This document shows, one piece after another, positions 38,934 to 48,848 of a DNA stretch of 64,000 nt (its first letter is position 1; the number at the start of each line of letters is the position of its first letter). A program made the position numbers and the translations under genes. Below the pieces are notes generated by a model. It ran no database searches. It saw nothing but the letters and a program-made list of their open reading frames with translations, and was not told the origin of the DNA. Source of the stretch: Escherichia phage BP9; sequence record PP488543.1, one strand, 5' to 3'.

Positions 38934-39200
38934 ATGAAATTAACTCAGTTTTTATGGGGACTGGTTGCAGCATCTGATGACCCTACAAAAGTGTCCCAAT
39001 CTAAGCTATGGTCAAACATAGGCATGGCAGTGATGACTGGGGTGTTTATTCATATGGGGTACAATGATACGCTTCCTGAATGGTATGCGTGGATATACGC
39101 ACCTTCGGTAGCCTGCCCCCAGCTTATTAGCAAATTCATCTCGCTCCGGTGGGGTTGCCAGCACCCTGACCACGTTAAAAACGAAGAGCAAAAAGCTTAA
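38934..39200 (+). CDS. small membrane protein of unknown function
   Basis: 88 aa; hydrophobic segment NIGMAVMTGVFIHMGY; directly downstream of fibre copy 2. Confidence 0.4.
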   Translation: MKLTQFLWGLVAASDDPTKVSQSKLWSNIGMAVMTGVFIHMGYNDTLPEWYAWIYAPSVACPQLISKFISLRWGCQHPDHVKNEEQKA

Positions 39201-39209
39201 GGAGAAATC

Positions 39210-40955
39210 ATGGCGCAAGACATGACAAGCTTCGAGCAGGCGGTAGATCAAGTAATTGTTGATTCTGAACGTTTGCACTTGATTGTCAACGGTAACGCTG
39301 TGGATGAAGTTGTCGTAGAGGATGGGACCACTATCCCTACGGTACGAAAAGCCATGCTTGACACCCTTTATTTTAAAACGCCACCAATCCCTTGGGCGTA
39401 TGGTGCATCCACAACAGTTTTTAACCAGTTGTATGAGTTTAAAGGGGATACAGGCACTCAGTGGTGGTACGCCCCAGCAGCATCAAAATCTAACCCAGTT
39501 AGGATGCCAGCAGATCCTTCACAATCTCCGAACTGGAGATTATATACAGATTCTGCAGTAATGGCAAAATACTACGCAAAACTTAACAGCCCAAGGTTCG
39601 AAGGTGATCCGAGAGCACCTACACCTCCAATGGACGATAAGTCCGAGTCTATAGCAAACACAGAGTTTGTTGTTGACTATGTGGATAGTATATTCAAAGC
39701 CATGGAGGGGATGAAAGTAACTGTAGGGTCTTTGGTAGTGAAAGGTCTTACAGAACTGGCTAACACCATAGTTGGTGGCACCCTTACCATACACGGGCCT
39801 GTTAATGGGGCTGATTCTACTGCACGCTTCAGGAACCTAATCCTTACTGCAAATACTTCTACACTAACTTTTGCGTGGAGCGATCCTAAGCATGCAGACT
39901 GGAGAAGCACAGAGCTGCAACCTCATGAAGTGGTCACCCACAGAGTTATAGCTGACACTATAACTTCTGGGAAACCAGTGGCTAATAACAACGATGTGCA
40001 TTTTGATGGTCTAGGTAATAACTTTTTTGACTACGTGTACATTCGTGGTAATGCCATGAAGGCAGCAACCGAACCGACATTGCAGGTTGATGGGACCACC
40101 AGGGTTAAGAACCTTGAGGTGACAGGCACCGTTACAGGGATAACCTACTCTGTGGATGGCACCATGATCTACCCTAGCTATATTGAAAGCACAGGGGATG
40201 CACTGATCAATGGGGATTTAGAGGTTGGCGGATCTATAGTCATTCGTGGCACAGCATCTGTTCAGAACATATCTTTAAATACTCTGAGGGTGAATGAGCG
40301 TGCCACTTTTGAAGGGGAAGGGCTTACTGCCAACAAAGGTGTGATTACCGAGCTGACAGCCACCACTCTAACTGCAACAACTGCAAACTCTGAAAACTGC
40401 AACGTTACCCGCAACTTGCAGGTAAATGGAGATGTTAGTTTAAACGCAGCAGGTACGGGTACCACCTCTGTTCACAACCTTGAAATATCTGGCACGGTGA
40501 CTGGGTGGCTGCCAGACTTCTCTAATGTCAACTTTGTCTGCAACGGCATTAACTCTAGTGGTAAGATAACCACCTCTCAAGAAATTGAGGCTGGTAAAAC
40601 TATTACTGCCCCTACTTTCCACGCAGGGAAGGTAGATTTTGATCTAGAGGAGGTTGACGCATCAGGTGGGACATGGACACCTAACGGGCAGGCCAGCATG
40701 TATGTTGTCCACGCGAAAGGGGATTTTACAATAGGCCAATGGCCTGGAACATCGGCTGAAGATAAACCTTACCCGTTTACTGCAATCATCTATGTCATTC
40801 AAGATGCTGTAGGCCACAACGTGACTTTGCACGATAAATATGCCATACTGTCGGCTACCCCTGTCATTAACAACAAAGCCAACAGCGTTACCTTGCTACA
40901 ATTGACATATTGTGGTGTTGGTGATATTGTGGATGTGGTTATTGCACAACGTTAA
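39210..40955 (+). CDS. tail fibre / tailspike-like protein
   Basis: 581 aa; repetitive TGTVTG-type beta-rich segments; SD AAGGAGA. Confidence 0.45.
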   Translation: MAQDMTSFEQAVDQVIVDSERLHLIVNGNAVDEVVVEDGTTIPTVRKAMLDTLYFKTPPIPWAYGASTTVFNQLYEFKGDTGTQWWYAPAASKSNPVRMPADPSQSPNWRLYTDSAVMAKYYAKLNSPRFEGDPRAPTPPMDDKSESIANTEFVVDYVDSIFKAMEGMKVTVGSLVVKGLTELANTIVGGTLTIHGPVNGADSTARFRNLILTANTSTLTFAWSDPKHADWRSTELQPHEVVTHRVIADTITSGKPVANNNDVHFDGLGNNFFDYVYIRGNAMKAATEPTLQVDGTTRVKNLEVTGTVTGITYSVDGTMIYPSYIESTGDALINGDLEVGGSIVIRGTASVQNISLNTLRVNERATFEGEGLTANKGVITELTATTLTATTANSENCNVTRNLQVNGDVSLNAAGTGTTSVHNLEISGTVTGWLPDFSNVNFVCNGINSSGKITTSQEIEAGKTITAPTFHAGKVDFDLEEVDASGGTWTPNGQASMYVVHAKGDFTIGQWPGTSAEDKPYPFTAIIYVIQDAVGHNVTLHDKYAILSATPVINNKANSVTLLQLTYCGVGDIVDVVIAQR

Positions 40956-40963
40956 TATATCTG

Positions 40964-40990
40964 ACCGCTCCTGACGGGGCGGTTTTCTTA
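40964..40990 (+). terminator. hairpin, probable terminator
   Basis: ACCGCTCC-TGAC-GGGGCGGT then TTTCTT. Confidence 0.45.
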
Positions 40991-41003
40991 TCTGGAGAAC
41001 ACA

Positions 41004-44000
41004 ATGCTTCCAATCCCTTTGCTAAAACTTGGTCGTCATTTCCTCGATAAGAGGGGTGGAGTTAAGGAACTTGCTGTTCTGTCATACCCAATAGACAACA
41101 GTGACGGTACAAGCACTACAGTAGCCTATGTAAATAGTTTAGCTATACTTTTTGACGACGGTCAACTTAATATTACAGGGTACAACAGGTTCGGGGAGTG
41201 TAGGACTGGGGATCTTGACACGATAAACTACCCTAATGAGGCTGCCTGGAACGTTGATCATGTGTGGAGAGCAGATCGTGCGTTTGTGATCCGAACTTTT
41301 GATAATCAGTTTTTCTACATCGGCTGTACTGCAGGGCTTATTGGGTCTGATGCTGCAGGCGGTAATGATGTTTGTGTAAGGGAGTGGACACCTCTTCCTG
41401 AACAAATCGTTAAAGGATTGCACCTTGACACCCACCCAGAGCGCCTTGTTGAGGTGATGGGTGGTATTAACAACACCGTCTGGGTTATGGCAGAGGCAGA
41501 AGGTACTGGCATTTTACACCTGTACGGATCTGGTAACAACACCTACGGATCTTTGCATGTGGATAAAAACCAGCATGCAACTCCTGTAAAGATTGGTGAA
41601 ACATCGGAAAATCCTGAAACAGGTCCTTGGAAAAACCCAAGCATCAACTGTGAGGTGCATGATAACTCTGTTATTTTCGGCGGTCCTAAAGGTTTCTGGA
41701 TTGCGGGATACGACTTTCTGAGAAACAACAGTAGAAACGACCTTGTTTGGCCTCCTGCTCAGATTACTCGTGACGATTTGAGAGGTATTCCTGCAGATGA
41801 GGAGTGGAAAGGGTTCATGTGTGGTCCGAACGGGGCAGTGGTTGTAACACAAAGAATGCACAGACCTGATGACCAGCAACTTGTTAACGTATTCTACGGG
41901 CAAAACATCTGGGGAGATGATACATGGCGTTCCTTAAATCTTACCTACACCCATGAAGTAATAATGGCGCGTGGGTACGGAACAAGCGGCATTTTCTTCA
42001 ATAATGGCACTAAGCAGTACCGTGGATTCTCTCGCAACTTATGTAATGATATTGGTGCACAGTCTGCAAACAATAGCCCTAGGGATAATTTTATCCACTA
42101 TCAAGCCCTTGCTACAGCTAAATATGTTGAGCAAAGACTGCCAGTCAGCTGGACAGAGAGTGTTTATTTCCAAGGCATTCACAGAGAAGGTTTTTTAGGA
42201 ACTTTTACCGTTGTTAATGGTAAACTTTGGTGGTCAGGTATCCCAAGGGGAAGTTTTGCAGGCTCTAATAACCTGTTTGGCGGCAGACTTAATAGCCAAG
42301 GGTTCACGGAGGTCCCTGAGAATTGGTATAAAAATGTCCCAGTAGATAGTTGGGGTGTTGATGATATTTTCGACGTTAACGGTGTTAGCAGCGTTAGCAA
42401 TATCTACATTGGCGACACGGTCAAGATGAAATTGAAGCCTCAGCCAGAGGGGGCTACGTTCATTATTGACAAGATTGAACTGGTAAATGCTGCAGGTACG
42501 GTTGTTACAGATGCAAATTACCAATTCTCTACCAACTGGAACCACGGCGGGGCCAACGAAGTTATTGTTACCCAGTATAACAGGAATGTTAACAGACGTG
42601 GACTGTACTCCGTAAAAATAACCTATCATGACAAACATGGCACAGGCAGGACCCACACAACAAGGACTTTGAACTGGAACACTATTGTCCCTGCGTATCC
42701 GTCTGATGGTAAATGGCATACTGTCGGTAGAAACAAACAGTTCCATGTTAATGACACTGTATACTTTGGACTAAATGCGGCCCAGCCTGCAGTAGAAGGG
42801 GATACATCGTATATGGTCAGACTCCATAGAATGGATGCTGGGTCAGTAACCTATGATGTTACCCAAGAGATTTATAATCAGCGACGAAATACCTATGATA
42901 ACTTGGTGCAGACACAGGCCCTATGGGAGTTCAACCCAAACGGAAGGGGTGGTAAAATGTTGCAGGTCAACGAACAAAACGGGACATCGTTGACTGTTCA
43001 CGAACACCCAAACCCTTGGCCTGATCCTGGAAAACCTAACTCTGGTGCTCGTACACTAAAAATTGTCAGCCATGACGTAGGATATTTCGGAATACGCTGG
43101 GAAGCCACAGTAAGATATGCCGACGGGACAACAAACAATATAGGGATTACCCTTGGTGGCACCAGTGAGAATAACTCGCTGAAAATTGCCTACACTCCTA
43201 GAGGTATTTCTATTGATAATATGGATGTTGTTCGCAACGGTTACGGGGATGTGAACATCAAAGTTACTCTTGGTGAACATCTTGGCGGGGAAAGGATCAT
43301 CATGTATGCCTTTGATCATGACCCTCGCACCAACGGAACATATGCAGACCAGGCGTGGAGCTACCTGATAAGCGCACCTGAGCCAAATACCAAAGAATTC
43401 TACTACGGTATGAAGCGAGATGTGTGCAAGAAAACAGGGACACATGACTGGATTGCGATCTGTGTTAAAGATGAACGTACCGCTTGGAACGAGCCTGTTA
43501 ACAGATGGTTCATAGGTATTCCCACCCGAAGTGATAAATACGTTGAAGAATACATTGTGTGCATGGGCGGCACCAACCTTAATATGTGTTGGAACGGGGA
43601 TGCAAACAACAAATACTCTGATTATGACTATATGCGGGACTATTCTTGCAATCAGTGGTTTAACCAACCTGGATATGCTGATCGACAGGCAAGAGTGAAT
43701 CCTGCAATCTTTACAGATACGCAGGTTTTCTTGACAAAACAGGCCAACGAGGTTCAGACCTTCAAGAACAAATACGACCCTAACAAGTGGTTTTATAACT
43801 GTTATGGCGCATTTTTCTGGGGTCCTGGGGAACTACCTGGCGGGGGATCTTGCTTCGAGTCTGCAACTTACGCCAGTGACTACATCATGGGGCAGGTTAA
43901 GAAGTATAAGATAATCCCCGGCCCTGAAACTTTGGGCAATGCCGTTGACCCTTATATCGTCATGACTGCGCTGAGATCAAACATGGATGGGACATCCATG

Positions 44001-46640
44001 TCTATGCAAATCCCAGTAACAAATGGGTACAAACGTGTTGTAATGATCATTAAGTGCGACCTAATAGGTAAACAAGTTCTTGCGGAAAACGGTACCTCCA
44101 CACATCCTTTTGAGATCGCTCTACACTATCAGTTTGCTGACTCGCCTTTTGCAGGTGATAAGAGAATATCTGATACAGATACACAGCGTTGTAAGAAGGT
44201 GTTGTTAGGTGCAGGTTGGTGGTGGTATGAATTTGATTTAACAGACAAATTCACCGACACGTCAAAAGTTGTAACGGGTCTTCGCCTAGACCTTGGCGAG
44301 AACATGCATAAAGCTGTTTGTGATGGCACCTATGGTGATCCTACAGTATATCTAAAGTATGTCTCTTTTGAGCATCCGGAAGATGTTGTTTACGGTCCAA
44401 AACTGAGATTGTTTGGCAGTTGGATTGCAAAAGACAGGGTAGGCATGGGTAAAAAGGTAAGAGGGTTCTTAGTTGATGCAGGAACAGAGGACATGCTGGT
44501 TAATGCAGTATGGCCTGAATTGCCCGGCACTCAGTGGGATAACTCTGCCAAATCTATAAACTGGTTCAACATTCACAGGGCTATGTGGACCACTAACTGC
44601 TACTTGTGGAGAGAGCTTAACGATCAGGCTTTTGGCTTCAGCAACGGCAGAAGGATGGCAATCATTTGCTGGACAACGCTGCAAAGGTGCTATGACCATG
44701 ACTACGAGATTGGCGGTAGGGCATGGAAAAATATCAGGGATAGAATCATAACCAATTTTGCAGACGACAACGGAGGTGGAGCACATAACTTCGGCACAAG
44801 TAGACTTATTCACTTGAATGGGTCATCTGCATATAAGAAAGAGGGTTATTCTGGGTCTATGATCGAGTGGGGTCTGGTGAAAGATGCTCGCGTATTGATG
44901 GGTCAACAACTTGCTGCTGCAATAGGACCTAACGCAGTGCAGTCTGTTAAACCAGCGTGGTTCGATATCCCAATATGGTCATCTGGAACACCAGGAACTG
45001 CGGCAATCAACCCTACCACTGGGGATCTGGAAATCTCTTGGGAGGACTTAAAGCAGGTTGGTGGCTGGGATAAGACTGGGTACCAAGTGCAATGGTGGAG
45101 ATCTGACGGATCGTTAGCGGCTGATGAGTTTGTTAAGGACAATTTCTACACTATGTCCTCTGCAAAAGCACAGCAATTGTTTGGTCAAGCAACTCCGTCA
45201 ACGATCACTATGTCTATGTGCTGTAAAGATACCAGGACTGGAGCTCTGGGGCCAAGGGTTGCTAAAGTTTTCTCAGGTATTAAGTGGAATCTTCCTGTTC
45301 AAAGTGTTTCATGGAAGCAAATAGGTGATAACAAGCTACTGGTTACTCCTGCCTGCCAGTTCAACGCAACTCTCAACGTTGACCCAGCTGTTGCAGCAAA
45401 CTCGGCTAGAGCTTCTGACTTCTCTGTGTCTAACACTGCCATGGCAGATGTGAGAAAGATTGACACACTGAATGCCAGAATTACCTGTAAAAACACTTAT
45501 GGCACATTCCAGATCATCAACAACTTTACAGATGTTGATTCTAAGGCAGTGAGGACAGCCAGCCAGACTATGCAGTTAGGCACTCTGGCATACTCTGCAC
45601 TGATCACTGAACAGTCTCCTACCCTTCAGGGTGGGGGTGTTGGTAAGTTGATTACAACTCCTGTATGGAAGCCAAATGAGTGGGTTGTATTCGATTTGAC
45701 TGTGGACTTCTCCAGTGATAATAACTGGACATGGGTAAGGAATTGTTTGTCACAGCTGATGGGTGGCCCAAACTCCATTAGTGATAGCCATGACTCTACT
45801 GACCCGAGTGTGTTCCAGGTTGGTAAAACTCACCCAGAAACTGGGGCACAGTTGCCTGACAGGAAGTATGCTTTGGTTTGCATCTCCAACGGCAAGGCAG
45901 ATGTAACCTTCTCAGGGACACACACATATAACGGCACTTACAACTTCTCTAAAAAGTACAGCCTCAAGGCAGGTAACATTGTAGACGAGGTTGGTGCGTT
46001 GTATAATCCGGGAAACGGGATAGGGATTGTAGGTGGTAAACTGCAGATGCAGGAACCTTCTATTACCCCTTCCAATGTGCCAGGAATCAGAAAGACTTGG
46101 GAAAGTAGTAATACCAACATTGCAACAGTGGATGCCACCACAGGATTGGTAACATTTAAAGCTACTGGGAATGTCACCATAAAGTTTGTAGTTACAGATG
46201 ATGCAGGGCGCAAAACGTCTTCAACATCTTTTACTGTCAAACAGATGGCACCGCAGTGGAGAATGTGGATAGGTACAGCAACAAACGGGGCATACCCTAA
46301 TCCGGCAGGTACTTCTGGTATGAAGACTTTCTCTACAAGCAAACCGATGGAGTACGGCAGCGGTCCTAAGGTAGGGCAGATGGTGTACTTTGGTGCGTAT
46401 ATTCCTGAAATTATAGGGCTTCCGAGAAGTCAGCTTCAGTTGCTGTTTGGGGCTGGTGTTGACGATCTTGCCACTTTCGGGTATAGCGACAACATCGAGG
46501 CTGCAAGGAGTTCAGGATGGGTAGGGTTCAGAATGGAGTCTGGAAAGGAAGGCAGGATTCTAGGGACAGCCTCTATAGGTGTTATGTTCCCTGGTGACCA
46601 GCAGTATCGTCTAGAAGCCTACGCAACCTTTTCTCGTTAA
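41004..46640 (+). CDS. giant virion-associated protein with RCC1-like repeats and Big_2-like domain
   Basis: 1878 aa; N-terminal GSGNNTYGSLHVDKN-type repeats; near C-terminus TWESSNTNIATVDATTGLVTFKATGNVTIKFVVTDDAG (Ig-like). Confidence 0.5.
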   Translation: MLPIPLLKLGRHFLDKRGGVKELAVLSYPIDNSDGTSTTVAYVNSLAILFDDGQLNITGYNRFGECRTGDLDTINYPNEAAWNVDHVWRADRAFVIRTFDNQFFYIGCTAGLIGSDAAGGNDVCVREWTPLPEQIVKGLHLDTHPERLVEVMGGINNTVWVMAEAEGTGILHLYGSGNNTYGSLHVDKNQHATPVKIGETSENPETGPWKNPSINCEVHDNSVIFGGPKGFWIAGYDFLRNNSRNDLVWPPAQITRDDLRGIPADEEWKGFMCGPNGAVVVTQRMHRPDDQQLVNVFYGQNIWGDDTWRSLNLTYTHEVIMARGYGTSGIFFNNGTKQYRGFSRNLCNDIGAQSANNSPRDNFIHYQALATAKYVEQRLPVSWTESVYFQGIHREGFLGTFTVVNGKLWWSGIPRGSFAGSNNLFGGRLNSQGFTEVPENWYKNVPVDSWGVDDIFDVNGVSSVSNIYIGDTVKMKLKPQPEGATFIIDKIELVNAAGTVVTDANYQFSTNWNHGGANEVIVTQYNRNVNRRGLYSVKITYHDKHGTGRTHTTRTLNWNTIVPAYPSDGKWHTVGRNKQFHVNDTVYFGLNAAQPAVEGDTSYMVRLHRMDAGSVTYDVTQEIYNQRRNTYDNLVQTQALWEFNPNGRGGKMLQVNEQNGTSLTVHEHPNPWPDPGKPNSGARTLKIVSHDVGYFGIRWEATVRYADGTTNNIGITLGGTSENNSLKIAYTPRGISIDNMDVVRNGYGDVNIKVTLGEHLGGERIIMYAFDHDPRTNGTYADQAWSYLISAPEPNTKEFYYGMKRDVCKKTGTHDWIAICVKDERTAWNEPVNRWFIGIPTRSDKYVEEYIVCMGGTNLNMCWNGDANNKYSDYDYMRDYSCNQWFNQPGYADRQARVNPAIFTDTQVFLTKQANEVQTFKNKYDPNKWFYNCYGAFFWGPGELPGGGSCFESATYASDYIMGQVKKYKIIPGPETLGNAVDPYIVMTALRSNMDGTSMSMQIPVTNGYKRVVMIIKCDLIGKQVLAENGTSTHPFEIALHYQFADSPFAGDKRISDTDTQRCKKVLLGAGWWWYEFDLTDKFTDTSKVVTGLRLDLGENMHKAVCDGTYGDPTVYLKYVSFEHPEDVVYGPKLRLFGSWIAKDRVGMGKKVRGFLVDAGTEDMLVNAVWPELPGTQWDNSAKSINWFNIHRAMWTTNCYLWRELNDQAFGFSNGRRMAIICWTTLQRCYDHDYEIGGRAWKNIRDRIITNFADDNGGGAHNFGTSRLIHLNGSSAYKKEGYSGSMIEWGLVKDARVLMGQQLAAAIGPNAVQSVKPAWFDIPIWSSGTPGTAAINPTTGDLEISWEDLKQVGGWDKTGYQVQWWRSDGSLAADEFVKDNFYTMSSAKAQQLFGQATPSTITMSMCCKDTRTGALGPRVAKVFSGIKWNLPVQSVSWKQIGDNKLLVTPACQFNATLNVDPAVAANSARASDFSVSNTAMADVRKIDTLNARITCKNTYGTFQIINNFTDVDSKAVRTASQTMQLGTLAYSALITEQSPTLQGGGVGKLITTPVWKPNEWVVFDLTVDFSSDNNWTWVRNCLSQLMGGPNSISDSHDSTDPSVFQVGKTHPETGAQLPDRKYALVCISNGKADVTFSGTHTYNGTYNFSKKYSLKAGNIVDEVGALYNPGNGIGIVGGKLQMQEPSITPSNVPGIRKTWESSNTNIATVDATTGLVTFKATGNVTIKFVVTDDAGRKTSSTSFTVKQMAPQWRMWIGTATNGAYPNPAGTSGMKTFSTSKPMEYGSGPKVGQMVYFGAYIPEIIGLPRSQLQLLFGAGVDDLATFGYSDNIEAARSSGWVGFRMESGKEGRILGTASIGVMFPGDQQYRLEAYATFSR

Positions 46641-46650
46641 CAAGGGGTAA

Positions 46651-46682
46651 ATAAAAAGGGGCCGTTTGGCCCCTTTCTTTTT
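46651..46682. terminator. bidirectional intrinsic terminator between convergent operons
   Basis: A-run, GGGGCC-GTTT-GGCCCC, T-run. Confidence 0.85.
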
Positions 46683-46686
46683 ATAG

Positions 46687-46887
46687 TTAGTAATACTCCC
46701 AACATGCCCCATCTTCAGACGGCTTGACGCGCTTACCTTTATGGTCAACATAGGTATAGCCACAACCTTCACAAATAACAGGTGCTGCATAGCCTTCCTT
46801 CCACTGATCCTCAGTGATCAGACCTTCCAAATCTTTGCAGTCAAAGCCAAACAACTCTTCAGAGCAATCTTTACAAAAATCAGCCAT
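46687..46887 (-). CDS. small zinc-ribbon protein
   Basis: 66 aa; CKDCS ... CEGCGY paired Cys motifs. Confidence 0.45.
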   Translation of the reverse strand: MADFCKDCSEELFGFDCKDLEGLITEDQWKEGYAAPVICEGCGYTYVDHKGKRVKPSEDGACWEYY

Positions 46888-46890
46888 TTC

Positions 46891-47337
46891 TCAGTCCTCG
46901 CATTTAACAAATTTTTCTACAGATCCACCAAGCACAGCTTGTTGTTTGATGGCACTTTCTTCATCATAGTGGATAGACTTATGTTCCGTACCTCCAAACT
47001 TACCTGTGTGGAAGGTGTGCACCCAAATCTCTTTAGGAAGGGATTTATTCTCTTCTTCCACCAACTCCCACATTCCCCATAAGTGATCTGTGATATCTCT
47101 GATGAAATATCCCTCGCCGAGGTTTGTATTCACACTATAAGCTGATTCGTGATTTCCACAAATATAACGGAAGGCTGTGTACTCTTTACCTGGTGTGAAG
47201 TGAGTGTCCATTAGTATAGCTGTTAAAGAATAAGGGTCTCGAAAGCCCAAGAACTTTAGTTTAACAATTTCGACATTTACATCTGCAAGATTGTTCATGA
47301 CGATCTCCTCTGTTTGGTTGGTGAGATAATCATACAT
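46891..47337 (-). CDS. hypothetical protein
   Basis: 148 aa ORF in minus-strand operon. Confidence 0.4.
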   Translation of the reverse strand: MYDYLTNQTEEIVMNNLADVNVEIVKLKFLGFRDPYSLTAILMDTHFTPGKEYTAFRYICGNHESAYSVNTNLGEGYFIRDITDHLWGMWELVEEENKSLPKEIWVHTFHTGKFGGTEHKSIHYDEESAIKQQAVLGGSVEKFVKCED

Positions 47338-47462
47338 AGATCTGATGTTGGAGTCAAGCTTAATTTTAAACGATTTTGGGGAGGTATTTTGTTCAGGAGG
47401 GTAATCACATAGGGTAGGACAATTTATGAAGGCACAGGCCTCGTTTGAGGCCTTAAAATCGA

Positions 47463-47843
47463 TTATGACACTTTGACGTAACGCTCTGACAGAGCTGGAA
47501 AGCCAAAAGCAGTACCTATACTACCGTATGCTACCCACCATTGAAGTTCATCGTGACACCATTTTCCGATCAGGAAGGTGCTGGGGTAGCGGGTCAGTAT
47601 TTTGGCATAAGCTTTAGGGTCTGCATCTTCTGGGATAATGATACTTGGAACATCTTTGTTATGACCACAGCAGCAGTTTAGAGTTTTCAATCCTGCCGCC
47701 CATAGACTCATGATAGGCTTAGCCATGCACTTATCAAGGCACACACGTTTTTTGCCGTCACGGAGCTTTTTAGGCACATCAACGATAACATTTTGATGCT
47801 TGGCACCTTTCACTTTCCAATTATAGGATTTACACTTGCACAT
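47463..47843 (-). CDS. Cys-rich hypothetical protein
   Basis: 126 aa; SD GGAGA; multiple Cys/His (CKCK, CLDKC, CCCGHN, WCHDE). Confidence 0.4.
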   Translation of the reverse strand: MCKCKSYNWKVKGAKHQNVIVDVPKKLRDGKKRVCLDKCMAKPIMSLWAAGLKTLNCCCGHNKDVPSIIIPEDADPKAYAKILTRYPSTFLIGKWCHDELQWWVAYGSIGTAFGFPALSERYVKVS

Positions 47844-47873
47844 TTAATCAGTCTCCATCTAGAAAGCAATACT

Positions 47874-48044
47874 TTACTTAAAATCTTTGTCACCTATTAC
47901 GATTGCACGAATCCACTCATTGTGATGTTCAATGGCGGCAAGGCGTAACATAATGCAGTGATTGTCATTACTAAACACGGTGCGGTAAGCTTTAGCAGCA
48001 CCATGATATAACTTCCACATCAGGTAATGATATCTTCGCCTCAT
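47874..48044 (-). CDS. small hypothetical ORF (56 aa)
   Basis: ATG with SD GGAG located 5 nt after upstream stop; below track size cut-off. Confidence 0.25.
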   Translation of the reverse strand: MRRRYHYLMWKLYHGAAKAYRTVFSNDNHCIMLRLAAIEHHNEWIRAIVIGDKDFK

Positions 48045-48049
48045 AGCTC

Positions 48050-48521
48050 TTACTCCGGTTCAGGATCTGGGTAATCTTCAATAATAAAGGGCCATCCGTT
48101 CCGCTTAGCCTCAGACTTATACTCAATCTCCTTCATTGCAAACTCTAACTGATTCTTAGCCGGAATACATGCCGGAGAATCATCAATCCAGATGTCTGGG
48201 TAGATATCAAACTGCGCCAGATAGGCTGCCTTCTGAACACCTCCAGTATAAAACACACCAACATCAAGCTCCTTGCGCCAATACTCAATGTCTACATTGT
48301 CTTGAGTAATGAATCGGAAAGTCACAAGGTAGACTGTCCACCCCCTCCTTCTTCAGATCCCTGATCAGGCGGGAGAAGATGAAAGGGCTCGCATTAAATG
48401 TTCCATCAAAGTCAATGGCAATGATGTGTGTGCCGTGGCGTGTCTCATATGGATTGCTTGTGGTAAGATTGCTGTAGTTAAAAGGGACCTCTTCCCCGCA
48501 GTAGCTGTAGTCCATATTCAC
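48050..48521 (-). pseudogene. HAD-family phosphatase split by frameshift
   Basis: ORF 48285-48521 carries motif I IAIDFDGT; ORF 48050-48325 carries DD motif (IWIDD); the two overlap in different frames at a G5 run (plus-strand C5 at 48341-48345). Confidence 0.5.
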
Positions 48522-48793
48522 ACCTTCTCGTTGATAAATTTACGGGCGGTTTGGTGAGTTGTTTCTGCTGTCTTCAGAATGATATTAATTTTATCGTCAA
48601 GATCATTCATCTCAGCAGTTAATTCAGGAATCTCTCCGGCATGCATGGTGAAATCATACATAGACATGCCAAGGATCTCATTGATTCGGCGGTTGCATTC
48701 TGCAGCACGCTGGTTCATTTTCCAAGCCAACACCAGAGCCTCTTGCGTAGCCTCCAGTGCAAAGTCTAATACGTCAGCTTCTTCTTTCGTCAT
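48518..48793 (-). CDS. hypothetical protein
   Basis: 91 aa ORF. Confidence 0.35.
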   Translation of the reverse strand: MTKEEADVLDFALEATQEALVLAWKMNQRAAECNRRINEILGMSMYDFTMHAGEIPELTAEMNDLDDKINIILKTAETTHQTARKFINEKV

Positions 48794-48848
48794 CTCAGTC
48801 TCTCTTGTTGTATTGTTAGTAGGTGCATGAACACCTTATATCTCACTT

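Noticed and set aside
46891-47337. GNHE motif suggesting a calcineurin-like metallophosphatase
   Set aside because: The DxH and GDxxD motifs are absent and the spacing is wrong; left as hypothetical.
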